From assembly GCA_964035545.1 (NCBI GenBank), contig OZ037767.1:10116581-10180580 (forward strand): 64,000 nt of DNA, given 5' to 3'. Numbering within the stretch: position 1 is the stretch's first letter; each line of letters starts with the position of its first letter. Below are positions 27,051 through 40,552 of this stretch, piece by piece. The position numbers and the translations under genes were made by a program. Under the pieces are notes generated by a model. It searched no databases. It was not told where the DNA came from and saw only the letters and a program-made list of their open reading frames with translations. The stretch comes from Bugula neritina. Taxonomy: Eukaryota; Animalia; Bryozoa.

Positions 27051-29759
27051 TATGGCTAATCAAAATCATCATTTACCAAAAAGAAGAAGACGAGATATGT
27101 TACAGTAAGACTAAGAGCAAGTAAGAGTAATAGAAAATCTAAAAAAGCCTCTAATCTAGATGAGAAGTCTCACAAGAGAAACTAAGTTCTTATAATACTA
27201 TTAACAACTATCATTTCAAACTACAATTCATGAAAACAGAATTTGAACTATGAGCAAGAGAAAACCTTCTTTCACTAAATTTCGTACCTCTATACTTTAT
27301 ATTTATATTATAATATAGGAAGGCCACACTGTGTAATAAAGCAGACTATGGTTATAATAAATTTATTATATTGTTATATCTAAATATATAGGTAACGATT
27401 ATTCACTAAATTAAATTTAATGTATTATAACTATAGGCCTATGCCTTGTTTCGTGATTAATTAATAGTTGATATGAATAATTACAGATTTATATAGGTAA
27501 CAATTCATACAATACTGAATACTCATACTAGTTCACACACAGTGAGTATAGTAACACTGTTGGTTAAAAAACATAAATTTAAACAGTAATTGACTAATTC
27601 TTACTTATAAGTCTAAGTGTTAAGTTAGGTAGAATAAATAGTAAATCAAGATATATACATGATAATTCCTTTTCAACAGTCATGTAGATGTAACCATTAT
27701 CAATCCAAAATCAAATAAAAATGTTCAACGGTAAGTGTACCTTTGAGCAAAATACTAAATTTAATAGTACTAAAAAGTATAGTATCAGTATGACTACGAG
27801 TTGAACACTGTAACAGTAACTGTAATACTAAAACAATGTGAGAATATCAGTTATTAGTGTTACCAGCAAAAGTAGTGTAGGTGAGTCAATGAGATTATTG
27901 CCTGGTATTTAGCTGGTACGACTAGCTAGCTACTAGAACACTACTTCCACACCCTGCAGTCACATACCATTTGCCAATAGGGAAACCATACCAGCTGTTA
28001 AATCAATCACCCGTAACAACGAACAGGGTTCACGGCTTTCCTATTAGTCTGGCAAATGCAGTTGTAATGCTAGCCTTGTAATTATCAACTTTTCCATCTC
28101 GTGAAATTTATGACAGCCTGTTGTGTGGAAAATGTGGATATGGAAATGGTTTTGTAATGTGACAGGAGCCAATAATATTTACTATCAGCTACTGCACTTG
28201 TGTTATGATGAAATCATAGAAACTGCTACTACGTGTTGTGTGCAGCAGCAGTAGGCCAACAGCCCTGCTATATAATGTAGTCTTTCATATTGCATAGCAT
28301 ATGACAAAATGAGTTGTGGATATTACGTATAGCTATCAGTACCTATAACCCATACAAGTGCAAAAAGACACGGCTAGCATAGGCACAGGCTGTAAATAAA
28401 AACAAAATGATTTATTTTGAATAATTACTAATAATGATGAAGATGGTTATTGAAACACATTCGTAAAGTGTTTTTAAATGCTACCGTTACTGAGTTTACT
28501 TTTGTTTTATATATTCACAAATTTATCTAAAGATTCAAGCATTGAAATACCCCAGTATGAGCTGCAGAATTGCAACAGCTTTTAAAACTCTTTCACTTTC
28601 CTTTCCAATTTTTAAAACTTTTTGGGGATAAAAATTGATTGAAATAACTTCACTAAACTTTCGATTTTAGCTTTGTGCTAATGTAGTCTAAACTTTATAT
28701 CTATTAAAGTATTGTCTAGACTCTAGTTCTATTGAAGTATCTTCTAGACTCTACAGTTGACAATGTGTGGTGTAATAAATTAAGAAGAATGGGACAATAA
28801 GTTCACACTCTACACTGTCACAGCTATATTACTGTAAGCAGAGAGCTCCACCAATCATAATGTATAGACTCAATAGGATTTTGTAAAATGCAGCATTCAA
28901 TCCAATAAATAAATGATATAATGATTAACAATCTAAACAAAATCGGCAAACTTCTCAAAATGACAATTCGGCATAAAAGCCTAGCCACAGGAACTGTTCT
29001 ATAGAAAACCCAAACAATGTGATAACAGTCTACTGAAACAAGAGTATCACGTGACTTGCAGACTAAACTAGATGGTGTCTGGTATGTGCAGGTTACGTAT
29101 TTGCTGAGGTAGGTGCAGACGTGCAGTAATGGAGAAATTGAGAAAAGTCTGTGTTCTAAATTAGAAATGTAGCAAAAGAAGTGATATTCTCACAAGAATT
29201 TTAACCCTTGCCTCAAACCAAAGTTTAATAAAAACATTAGATAACTTAGGCTATCTTAGTTTCTTCACTACCATGCTCCTAAATGTATGGGTTTTAATCT
29301 GGCATTAAGATTGTAGAGTTCAGGTTAAAAGAGCATTGCTTCACTTAGCCTTCTCTTCACTGCAGGTACATAATAATGTACTGCTGCTCATGGTTATGAT
29401 ACCCAAAATAGCAAACAAGTGATCCATTTGTTTGGACTTTAGAGCAGAATATCGTGCTACCACTTTCTACAAAATATTTGACCATGTTGTTCAAAATTCT
29501 CTACTCATTCCAAAGGAATTCAACATTGTTTACGCTGTTGTTATGAGTAATTCAGCTATGTAGCTGTAGAGATACAATTTTATCCTAGCTTGTGTTTATT
29601 GCTACATGATTTCTTTATCTTATAGTCTGGTAATCTCTTATGCCACAAAGCTCTGCTAGAAACTAGCTATCAGTTCTGTAACCACATCAAGTAGTAGGTA
29701 AAATAATATATGAGTAGCTAAAATATGAACACACATACATTTCCTAACATATGCTAAGG

Positions 29760-30097
29760 CAGGGGTGTCCAACCTTATCAGAGGGAGGCCCACTGAAAAG
29801 GAATATTTTGTGGTGAGGGCCACATTGTAAACTTTAGCTTGTGCTGGGGGCCACAGCGTCAGTATTTTTTACATTATTTTATTCCAAATTCTTATGAGTC
29901 ATTATACAATAATTAGTGCCAATAGTTAATGCAGGCTGCATGTTTTGTAACATGTGTATAAATAGGATAATTAAAAGGGGGTTTCACTCTAATTCATGTC
30001 AAATGTGAAAAAAATTTGAGTTTTATGCCTTTGAGGGCCACATAAATCTATGCTGGGGGTCACATCCAGCCCTGGGGCTGCCTGTTAGACAGGCTTG
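29760..30097. mobile_element. hAT (Charlie-like) MITE
   Basis: Starts caggggtgtccaac, ends gttagacaggcttg, has internal gggccaca motifs, and an 8-bp TSD tgctaagg/tgctaaga. Confidence 0.75.
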
Positions 30098-30714
30098 TGC
30101 TAAGATTATATGCATACTGTATATAATACGTTATATACTGTAATATAATATATATAGTATGTATAGAAGGCATAGATACTATATTATATTATACTTGATA
30201 ATCTATAATTATACTATATTACTACATTACTATACCATATATGTTATATACTACATATGTTATATAATAGGCCTATATACATGGATTGTTAAACTAACAA
30301 TTTGTTGAGTCTAGCTCCACACTAGAACAGCAACCTGCAGGGTTTCAGAGTCAATAGCTTGGCTAGTTGAGATACTATTGGAGTCCCTATGACTAAGTCT
30401 TAAGTCTGCTAGAGCTATAATTCACCAATTAGCATTCATTAGTTTTATTATTCACTGCCAATTAGTAGGTTAATGTATCTAGTTATTGCATTCCCACCAA
30501 CAAACTGTCATTATATTTGATATTTCAAAATTAATTATACCTATGGTGGTTGTAATATAACTTGCCAGCACTAAATTGGAAGAAGAAATTGCAAGAGTTG
30601 CTGACAACTAATTATTGAAACAATTCAGGAATATCTTCTGTTACATAACTACTAATATAGTATTTTAGTAATTATAATAATAAACAATGTTGTGTATTAA
30701 TTATATGATAGGCC

Positions 30715-30834
<120 letters not shown>

Positions 30835-32932
30835 TTTTATTAATTGTAATATTATGTATAACATACAAAATGATATATCAATATAAAATAATAAATAATA
30901 TGTAACATAATATATTATATCCTTACCATGACCTTACACTCTATATTACAAACCATACATCATACAGGCATCATAAGTCATCATGTATATATATTATTAT
31001 ATAAGTATTATAAATATTTTAAAACATCTACTATTACTTGATCCAACAAATATCAATTGAGATTAATGTCAGTGTTTTATATATTTTATATATTTAATTG
31101 GCCAGCATCTTTCAAATCCACTTTGTTTTCAATGTTGCAATGACAAACAATGTAATGTTTCATGACAACTTTTCACACAAACAAAGATTCTACATTGAAA
31201 ATTGTAGGCTGCCCTATGAGTGTTATACAGTATGACCACATTTTACTTTGATGGTAAAGCTTTGATCTCATATATTCTTTGTTAAAAGCAAGATTGATGC
31301 CTGTGGTTATAGTCAAGAAGGTGATAATGAATTTTTTAGGTGTTTTATGAAGTATTTTCAAGCATTCATTTTCTAAGGAGTGCAAATGATGACCACAAAA
31401 CCTTAATCACACTCTAGCTGTTAGAATTTATATTTTCTGCCCAGTGCCTACAATTTGCAGAAATTACTTGAAAATACACTAATTATTGTTTATTTCAGAA
31501 TTGTTATGGTTTTCATTTAAAATTTACTTCAGTTTTATTTGAATTTGCGAAAACTTAATGCTGGTAGTTTTAATGCTACATAGATCACACGCCTAGTTCA
31601 CAACTTGACTAACATCTACATCTTCGTACAGTAAGTATATGTAAGTACATACAGACAATGAGTTCCAGTACATACATCTTCTTCTAAAAAGCATAATTGT
31701 CAGTGCATCATACATTTACTGCAAATGGCATGTATATTAACATACATCTATTTACAATGAGAATGTACACGTTAACAAGATTGCTAAATGATAACTAGTA
31801 ATAACTTACACTAAATACTATACTAACTCTGGACTCCTAAAGCTCTTAGTATAAAACATCTATATGAATTGTTTCTGGTGGACTAAAGTTGACTATCTCA
31901 TACTATTAGCTACTTATACAGTATTGATAAAATAGAAAGCATCAAAGAGCTGTATTGGCCACAATAATAGCTGCTAATTGATGTCCATCAGCTGAACTGA
32001 GAGGTAATTAGTTGCTGCCTGTAGCAAACAGCTCGGCAGCAGAATTTATATGGGGGAGGAAATCCATTCAAAAACTAAGACAGAAATTCACCTGTAATCA
32101 CCTGCTTGCTTCTAAAAACAATTTTATATCCAAAGAAGCAAAAATTCAGGTGCAGTAGTAAAAATTTCAATAGCCTATAATTTCATCAATTTGTTATAGA
32201 TTTTGGTTTAGTGCATGGGGTTAATTTATCATAAGAAAATGGCTTTTTTGCCACATTTCTATAATTGAGAACAAAGGCTTTTTTCAATTTCTTCATTGCC
32301 CCACCTATACCTTGAAACAGGCTTTATTACCAGAGATACATCTGAAATCTACTTACGTTATATGAAAATGAATACATTGAAGTTTGTACACTAAGAATTT
32401 TGGTAAAGCTAAAAATACTTCATCTAACCAAGTTGAGCACTTCAGCTTGGTAACTCTTGAACAATAATAACTGATAATAATGTACAACTATATCAATTAG
32501 CTCTATCTATCTCACCATCATGGAAAACCAATCAGGCAACATAGCTTTTTCAGCCTCTCTAACTATTATATATATAAAATATTTTATTTTTAGTTCAGAT
32601 TATAGTGTTGGAAATGAAAATAAATTAAATCACCCAATTGAAGCATCCAAATAAAGATTTCATTTCAATGTAAATCATTATATATCAAATTGTAGAATCG
32701 ATCAAACATTATAGCAGTACATGATTATCATTTATGTGATAAAATAATGTTATAGTTAAATGAACTAACAGGCCAGTAGTGGGGTTCAAATCAGGCAACA
32801 CTATATTATCAGTATCGGTCAGCCATTATCTATCTGACTAGTTCTGTTCATTTCTAATCCCAATGCTGACATGTTATTTTCGTTTAGCTAAAAGCTATTA
32901 TCATTATAGATTATGCACTATGAGAGCCTATT

Positions 32933-33133
32933 GCAGTAGTGATGAGATAATATTAGCTATAATATTATAATATTACTGCTAATATTATAATATTAGCAGT
33001 AATATTATAATATTAGCACGTACTAGCATGCATTAGCACATATTGGCATATTTTAGCACATATTGGCATATTTTAGCACATATTGGCATATATTAACACA
33101 TATTGGCATATATTAGAATGTCATCACTACCAC
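32933..33133. repeat. Composite element: short TIRs, 56-bp perfect palindrome, 20-bp tandem repeat
   Basis: gtagtgatga ... tcatcactac ends; palindrome 32960-33015; (agcacatattggcatatttt) x about 4 at 33034-33115. Confidence 0.75.
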
Positions 33134-34314
33134 TATATGTTAGCTCACTTTAATACTAGTTTCAGCTAGCTCAGTTCTTATTAGTGACTTGCTTTGCTTC
33201 ATAGTTGAGCAAAATTATTCTGTATCTTGTAATAAAGTGAAAAGAATTACATTCCCCTAATAGTCAATGGGGTGTGTTACCAATACATTAGCCTGGTTTC
33301 TTTAATCAATTTGAGAACAATCATTTGAAAGGGTATTCATCTGTATACCTGCTAGTACAGAATGGTACAAAGTTGACTCCTAACAGCTCAAACAAAATAA
33401 ATCCATCATAGAGGACTACTATTCTGTTTTTCAAAAACTTTCAAGTTTGTGAAGGGCATTGCTTTAGTGCATATAATAGGTACTAAGGTTAAAAAGTGGT
33501 CATTTCTATTTGGCAGTAACTGCCTCTTATACCAAAGCACAGAATGAAAAACAAGCAAGATGATAAAGAATAAACTGAAACGTCATAACAGACAGCACCT
33601 GAGTATGTTGGGCCCCATTATGGCTTACATGTAATCTACCAACAACAATAGCTTCAGCAAGTCACTGAAACTAGACTTAGATATAAAACCAACAAATTTG
33701 CTCACCCATAGGTTGATTCTTGGAGTGAAGAAATGATCACCAGTATCGCTACATCACTGCAGCTACACTATGACACACCTGATTACAATTCACCTTGAAA
33801 ATGCTGGTATTTATCAAAAAGATCCCTACTTACACAGCAACATCAATCTTCGGTCCATGGGCACCACATCAAGGCAGCTTTAGCACATTTACTTATTGCA
33901 GGAGACCACAGGATGTTGTTGTTTACGGAAATGCAACATTATTTGAGTGCGAGTGGAGGACAATGAGCTGTGTAGCAGGCTCTGTTGACAGCTGAAACAA
34001 AAGAAGCACCGGGCATTGCTTGTCACAGGCATGCTATATATTTTAGTGTACTCTGCTTTTAATTGATGAATCAATAAAACAATCATAAGTTCACACTTTA
34101 TACATAAATATGCTGATAAACAGAGTTTTTATTTTTTTAGAGAAAGTAGGCTAATAATGAAGTGTGCTTATGCAGCAAGCAAATGAAAATAAAATAACAT
34201 TTGCATAGTCAGCATAATTATATTACGGATACTTTCTAAATGTAAATAAAGTATACTAAATATTGATTTCATTAAATTAACAGGTTGCTATGGACAAAGC
34301 TACTGTTGTGAATC

Positions 34315-34572
34315 TATTAATAATGGGTATTGGTTATGATTCAATTATTAATAGGTAATGCTTATGAGTAAATTAAAAGTGAGTAATGGTTGTGACCCAA
34401 TCAATAATGGGTAATGGGTATGAGTAAAATAAAAAGGTGTAAAGGCTTTGAGTCAAACAGTAAAAGTAATGGTAATGATTTAATTGATAATAGCTATAAT
34501 GGCTATGAGTCAAATTACTAATGAGGTAGTGGCTATGGGTCAACGAATAACGGGTAAGGTTTATGATCAAAC
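34315..34572. repeat. Degenerate minisatellite (about 27-bp unit)
   Basis: Repeated taatgggtaatgg.tatgagtcaaat-like units. Confidence 0.7.
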
Positions 34573-35554
34573 TACTTCATACACATTCAGTAAAACTTAT
34601 AAACTATTCAATAAAAAATGAAAAAAATAATTAAATCAATGATAATAATGATAATAATGATACTAAATATTGGTTATTCATGAAATTGTTACCACTAATA
34701 ATTATTTTATAATTAAGTGGTTATCATTAAAATTAGCATTTTTGAAAAATCTAGCAATAAATATAAAATGATACTCACCAGCCCTGGCTGGCATCATCAG
34801 AGATATAAACAAGGTAGGAGAGCTCGGACATTAATTCGACAGAAATTAGCTAAATATTTTTGTTGTGTTAGCTGGTAGGAGCTATCTAAAGCAGCCAATG
34901 TATCTAGATTTTACAGATATTACTTTTATGGTAGTAAAGTAGAGTGTGTATCAGTTATTATACGTATACTTTTACTTCGCTAAACCATCAACAAACTACA
35001 TGCATGACTCAAATTGGAAGGGATATTATGAATGTAGTAAAATCTGCTATAAAGCCAAATCTTATTTGCTGCTTTTATTTTAGCTTTAAAAAATATTCAT
35101 TTGAAGTTGCTATTTGTAAGTTATAAATTGTAATATATGATATATGTTTATTTTGCACCGGTTTGTGTAGAGTTGAAACCTTCTGATGAAAATTGACAGT
35201 ACAAGTAGCTCTAAACTGCCACAATCACTCATTCAGCTAAGGAGCTGTTTCTATAGCAATTATCCTAACATAAATTGATTTACATAATGATATGCATGTA
35301 GTATCAATAACTAGTTACTATAAGTATAAAGTATGAATGGATGACATTTATTTACACATGCTTGAAATAATAAGGCACATGCAAATGTAATCATGACAGG
35401 TGAATTAGGTAATGAGCAACCATTATAAATACAAATAGTATAGTTATATAAATGATTAATTGTAGCAAATGTTAGGCTAGTCTACAAATCACATGTTGCT
35501 AATTATTATATAAATGTATATGCAATATATGTGCAGCCACAACGTAGAACCTAC

Positions 35555-38500
35555 CGAGGAATCATTTCTCAGAGTATGCAGGAAGTACTTTTGGTAGAAA
35601 GCCTTGTACTCATCCTTGCACGGTGACACCTCTGTGAACTGAGAACTATCTTTCAAGATGCTGCCATAGTAACACTTCCCTGTTGGTTCTACCTTGTGTC
35701 CCTTTTTACTCTGTCATCAAAATAAATAAATAAAATAAATAAATAAACAAATAAATTACATTTGTAAGTCGTTTTTAGTAGAATTTGGGTCACATGGTTT
35801 GATGTATTATAAAGATGAGGACAGACAAACTGTTAGCACAGAAATAAGAAATGTTGAAGAGTAAGATATATAATATAAAGTGTAGGCAACTACATTCTGG
35901 CATACATAAATGACCTAATAATTATCATACTTGTAGTTATTATGTGAGAGCCTAAACAGCAGGGTAGAACGTATAGCCAACAAAGTTTTAGTTAGACACA
36001 CAATCTGCTTATTTTGAATAACTAATACATCATAGTTTTGACAGGTCAATTTGTTTTAATTAGTTTCTGACAACTTTTTTCTCCAACTAGCAGGAATTAT
36101 TTTACACTTTTCAAGCTGCACTAAAATTATTAACATAATAATTTATACGACTCATACACAGGAAGTGTGTAAACTTGATGTGGAGACATGTTGCCAGTAT
36201 CATATACTAGACATTCAGATCAAAAAGCTTAGAGATCAATGCTTGTGTATCACCAGACATCTGTCATGGATTAAGACGTTTGTAGTATACCTTATAACCT
36301 TTGTTTCATTATTCACCTCTTTTAAAAGATATACTGGTTTATAATATGACATAATCCTTGTTTAGTATATATGCTCAGGCATTCTAAATATGTTAGCTAA
36401 TAAAACGTTAAGCTTCTCCACCCTATTCCTTTAAGTGCAATAAAAAAGAATCTTTAATAACCCAAATTTTTAATTTTTCTACAGAATTTTTGATTTAGAA
36501 CAAAGTGAAAATGTTGCAAATGCCTATACACTTCTTTTGCTGAATTTTTTTCTAGAACACTGACTTTTCCCAATTGTTCTCCTATACTACACCTATAATA
36601 CTTAAAAATTCATTCTACATATAATGTATACAAATGGTTTCAATGGTTTCATTTATTGTAGCTTTGGTTTAGTAAAGTACTAAATAGCAAAATAAACTTA
36701 TAACAAAGTGTTTACTGGAAATCAAGACTGATGGATGAAAACACTGAACCTAATAAAACTTGTACATTATGCATGTTTATAGCTGGTGACAAACTCTGTT
36801 TATAATAGAATTGTCACAGCATGTCACAGCATGTCACGCCTTGTATCAGCACGTGCATGTATCTTGTTAGTCAATATTCAAATCATGTCATTCAGCTTAA
36901 GTAAAACATTTCCAGACAATTCAAAGAAAAAGAAAAAATGTTTTGACAAGTTTTCAAATTCATGAACTTGTTTTATAGAAAAGTGTTAATGTCTTTACCT
37001 ACCTTTAAATCAATACTGTACACAACATAATAATTATGGTTACGCACACGCTATGAACAGCCATAACAATTTATTTAAAACTTTAGCTCTTAAATTGCTG
37101 TCAAATGTACTAAGTTCAGCATAATAAAGTAAAATGATTCATCACGAAAATGCAGCATCTAAGAGAAAGACAACTCTAAAGCTAACACATTGCAATGAGG
37201 TAGTTCTTCTATTCGTTTCGGTATGGACCTTTAGAAAAGTAATCTCAGTTTAATTCATTGCATATCGTCTAGAAAAGCGCACGCGAAAGATATTTAGGTT
37301 TACTCTACAGAACAGAATATAGTTTTAGCACATGCTTTTGGAACTAGCCATCGCATAGTTTGAGCATGCAGCGTGTGTCGTAACCTTAGGTTGTCCAAAA
37401 TTCATGCTAGGCTTATTGTTGGAACTGATAATATAAAATAGAAAGTTGTTTTCAGCTTCAACTCTTTGCAGCATACTGTTGTAGTTGAACTCATAATGAA
37501 TGAAAAAGGAAGGGATTTGCATAATAACTATGAGTCACTAACAATCATCAGTATGTCGAAATCATGTGCACTAAACTCCAACAAACATTTTATTTGATTT
37601 ACGCATTTTTTTATAAAGCCTGTTGCACTTACATGAAACAGCAGCAATCATTTTAACAAGCAATGACAGACCCACACTTCAATCACACAGGAATGGCAGA
37701 AGATAAGAACATTATTTAATTTGCATTTTATTACCTTTTATTAAAACAGATTTTGAGTCAAGCAGGATATTCAATTAACTCACTGAATCCAGCCACTGCA
37801 TCAAATGAGCAAACTTGAGTTAAATATAGCCTTACTGTCGCACTGATCTAAAGTTCCAACCTTCATTCATATAGCAGAGTCGGGTTTTCATGAACCATAA
37901 GAAGTTGTCCCACCACACTCACCTTGTATATATATCGAGGTGCACAGGTGAGCACAAATCCCGAATTCGGTTCTGTAGATAGTGTTGCTCCGAGCCACTG
38001 CCTAGTCTTGTTCTCTATAGGGTCAAAGTCGAAGTCTATTGTGGCTAAAAGTATAGTCATTTCATTATTATATTGTATACTTGTTAAGCTGGTTTATTGC
38101 ATACATCTTAGCTAATCACACACACAGTACACGCTAAATACTGATACCAATAAATATACCCATAACATTATTATCAATGAACTAAAACTTCCTTATAGGT
38201 TATAGTTCAATGATTATTATCATTATGATAAATTTCTCAAAATGTTCCTTAAGTCTGAAGTGAGTTTTGCCTTAGAATTGGCTACTTCTCTAAACTACAG
38301 TTTGTTTGCAGGATTTATAGGATTAAAAGTCGGTGAGACAATTCCTAACTCAAATCATAACATATTATTGTGAAAAAGTGGCTGGGCACTGTTTTTTCAA
38401 TTTTTGAATCATACTTACTAAGCTTTCATAATAAAACACTGGACTAAAACAAATTTTATATACCTACTAGATGCTCAGGTATCACATAGCCACATAATCT

Positions 38501-40552
38501 ATATGCGAGTAAACCAGAATGATTGAATGACAATCAAACCTTTTACTATTTGGATTTATCTACTCATCTGTTGTTGCAGCTAAATATCAGTTCCAAAAAC
38601 GAAGAGTACGAAAAAATCATATTAACATAATTGTAGTATATTATCATTAATATATTGAGCATATTGGTATCAGTACTAATAACATATATTATATTATATT
38701 ATATATCAGTATTACGGCATTACCTATATTATTAGGCGAGTCATCTATCTGTAACAAGCTACACTCGTTTGTAGAGCCGCTGTCTGACAGCGAACAGGAG
38801 TACACTCCCCCTGGCTCTATGATGTCATCATATCTGCTGGCATTGACTCTAGGAGCTCCAACAAGTAGAGTGTCGTTGAGGAACGAGACAGAGTAACCAA
38901 ACATCGTAGTTGTCTGCTCTGATAGTCTCCCATCCAGGTCACTAAAATAAGTAAGTTATATGGAGTCAGTAAATACGGAGCAGTAGCAGCCAGCCGTGGT
39001 CAAGTAGTTAAAGCACTGACTTAGTAAATAAAAGATCAGTGGTTTAAATCCAAATAAAGGCCATTAGTGATGTTAGGAAAGGCATTCAGTCGGAATTGCT
39101 TTCCCGTCACAATATAGAAAAGTATTTGGCTCGCTTAAAAACTGCCCTTTTTATCAGATGACCATAAACCAATGGGGGATTTTTCAAATATATTAGGGAC
39201 GTAGGTTACCCACCCCTACTGTAGATTTAGGTACTTAACTAAGGCATAGAATTATAGTTCTAATACGGGCTTGCAATAACACAGCTGAGGTCAGTAGAAG
39301 TTGGAGTAGTTGTAATATCAAGATACATAAATATTTATGGTATAATTAAATCAGCATATCAACATGTAGATAAGGGATCTAGTAATATGAAAGGGCTGTT
39401 CTGCATTATATAAAAGATGCATATCTATACAGCATGGCTTACAAATAACTAGTAAGATGAAGCAGATATAAAATATACACTAGTCATTCATTCATATAAA
39501 TGCTACTAGCCCAATGCTGCTCCGTGGCAGCATTTTCTATGCTCTTATATAACTCTTGGAAAATCTGTTAGAAATGTTCTAATCTAATTAAGCAACTGTT
39601 TTTGAAAAACAGTTAATATACTAAGCCATGTAATATAACTAAAATCTAGTCAATTCATTCAAAGCAGGTCAATGGTTTGAGTTCATGATTCAGGAAGAGC
39701 ATCCAACCATATTGATCCTGTGTCACAGTAAAAGCTATCAAACATGGTGTCAGCATAGTGAGAGGCACAGCCCATAGACTGCTTCAAAACCAATGCCATC
39801 AGTAATGGAGACTTCCAATGAGCGTAGCCTTACATAATTGCTAAAACTGTAGGTTTTTAGGCTGTTCTGGAACCCACCCCTAACCCTTTTGTATTCAAAA
39901 ACTTGAGCCATATACTCTTTTGAATTTGCAATCCTATAACTAGGGAGTACCTGATAGCATGTGCTCTTTGTTAGTCACTGAATGCTTACTAGATCATTAC
40001 TATATTGCAGAACCTATCTTTTATAAGGTTCTGAGTCTATGACTACCTTCCTGTCTACACTTGCTTCTTTGTTTTAATAAATACGATTTCAATTTCTCTT
40101 AAAATAAATTTGTATTGAAACTGCCATTAAAGGAGGTGATGTAATCAACATTCCTTGAGTCATCCATTAGCACAGTTAGGCATGTGTTCCTACATTAGTG
40201 TGAGTCATATATCAACATAAGTAAATATTACAGCACAACTGTTCGCAATGCTAAAGTCATTGTCAACTCATAGCCCATAGGTATAAAGCTGATTGCAGAC
40301 GGAGTCCATGAAATAACTTTTGAAATTAGGTCAAGGTCAAAGGTGAATTTTTCTAAATCTAGAAAAGGGTCTGATTTTTTCATTAGTCCAATTCAGCTAT
40401 TGTAAGGAATAGCTACAAAAATTATGTTGAAATATTATATAATATAAAGGTAATCCAAACCTGAATATTCTAACGGAATCCGTGTCTAATAAAAAGCCTG
40501 TACACACGGCAACCAGTTGGGGAAGGAGCTGCCATACGAAGTGTGACCTCAT
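35555..40552 (-). CDS. Second integrin alpha N-terminal module (signal peptide plus propeller blades 1-2; 196 codons, open at the 3' end)
   Basis: Exons 40461-40552 (MRSHFVWQLLPQLVAVCTG/FLLDTDSVRIF), 38724-38941 (MFGYSVSF..LLVGAP..GGVYSC), 37923-38044 (ENKTRQWLGATL...TCAPRY) and 35555-35710 (EPTGKCY...SPCKDEYKAFY). Phases 2/1/0/0 are compatible and there are no stops; no further integrin exons were recognised before 25578. Confidence 0.85.
38988..39112 (+). mobile_element. SINE family 2, 5' part
   Basis: cagccgtggtcaagtagttaaagcac.gacttagtaaa...aaaggccattagtgatgttaggaaaggcattcagtc matches 13980-14090. Confidence 0.7.
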
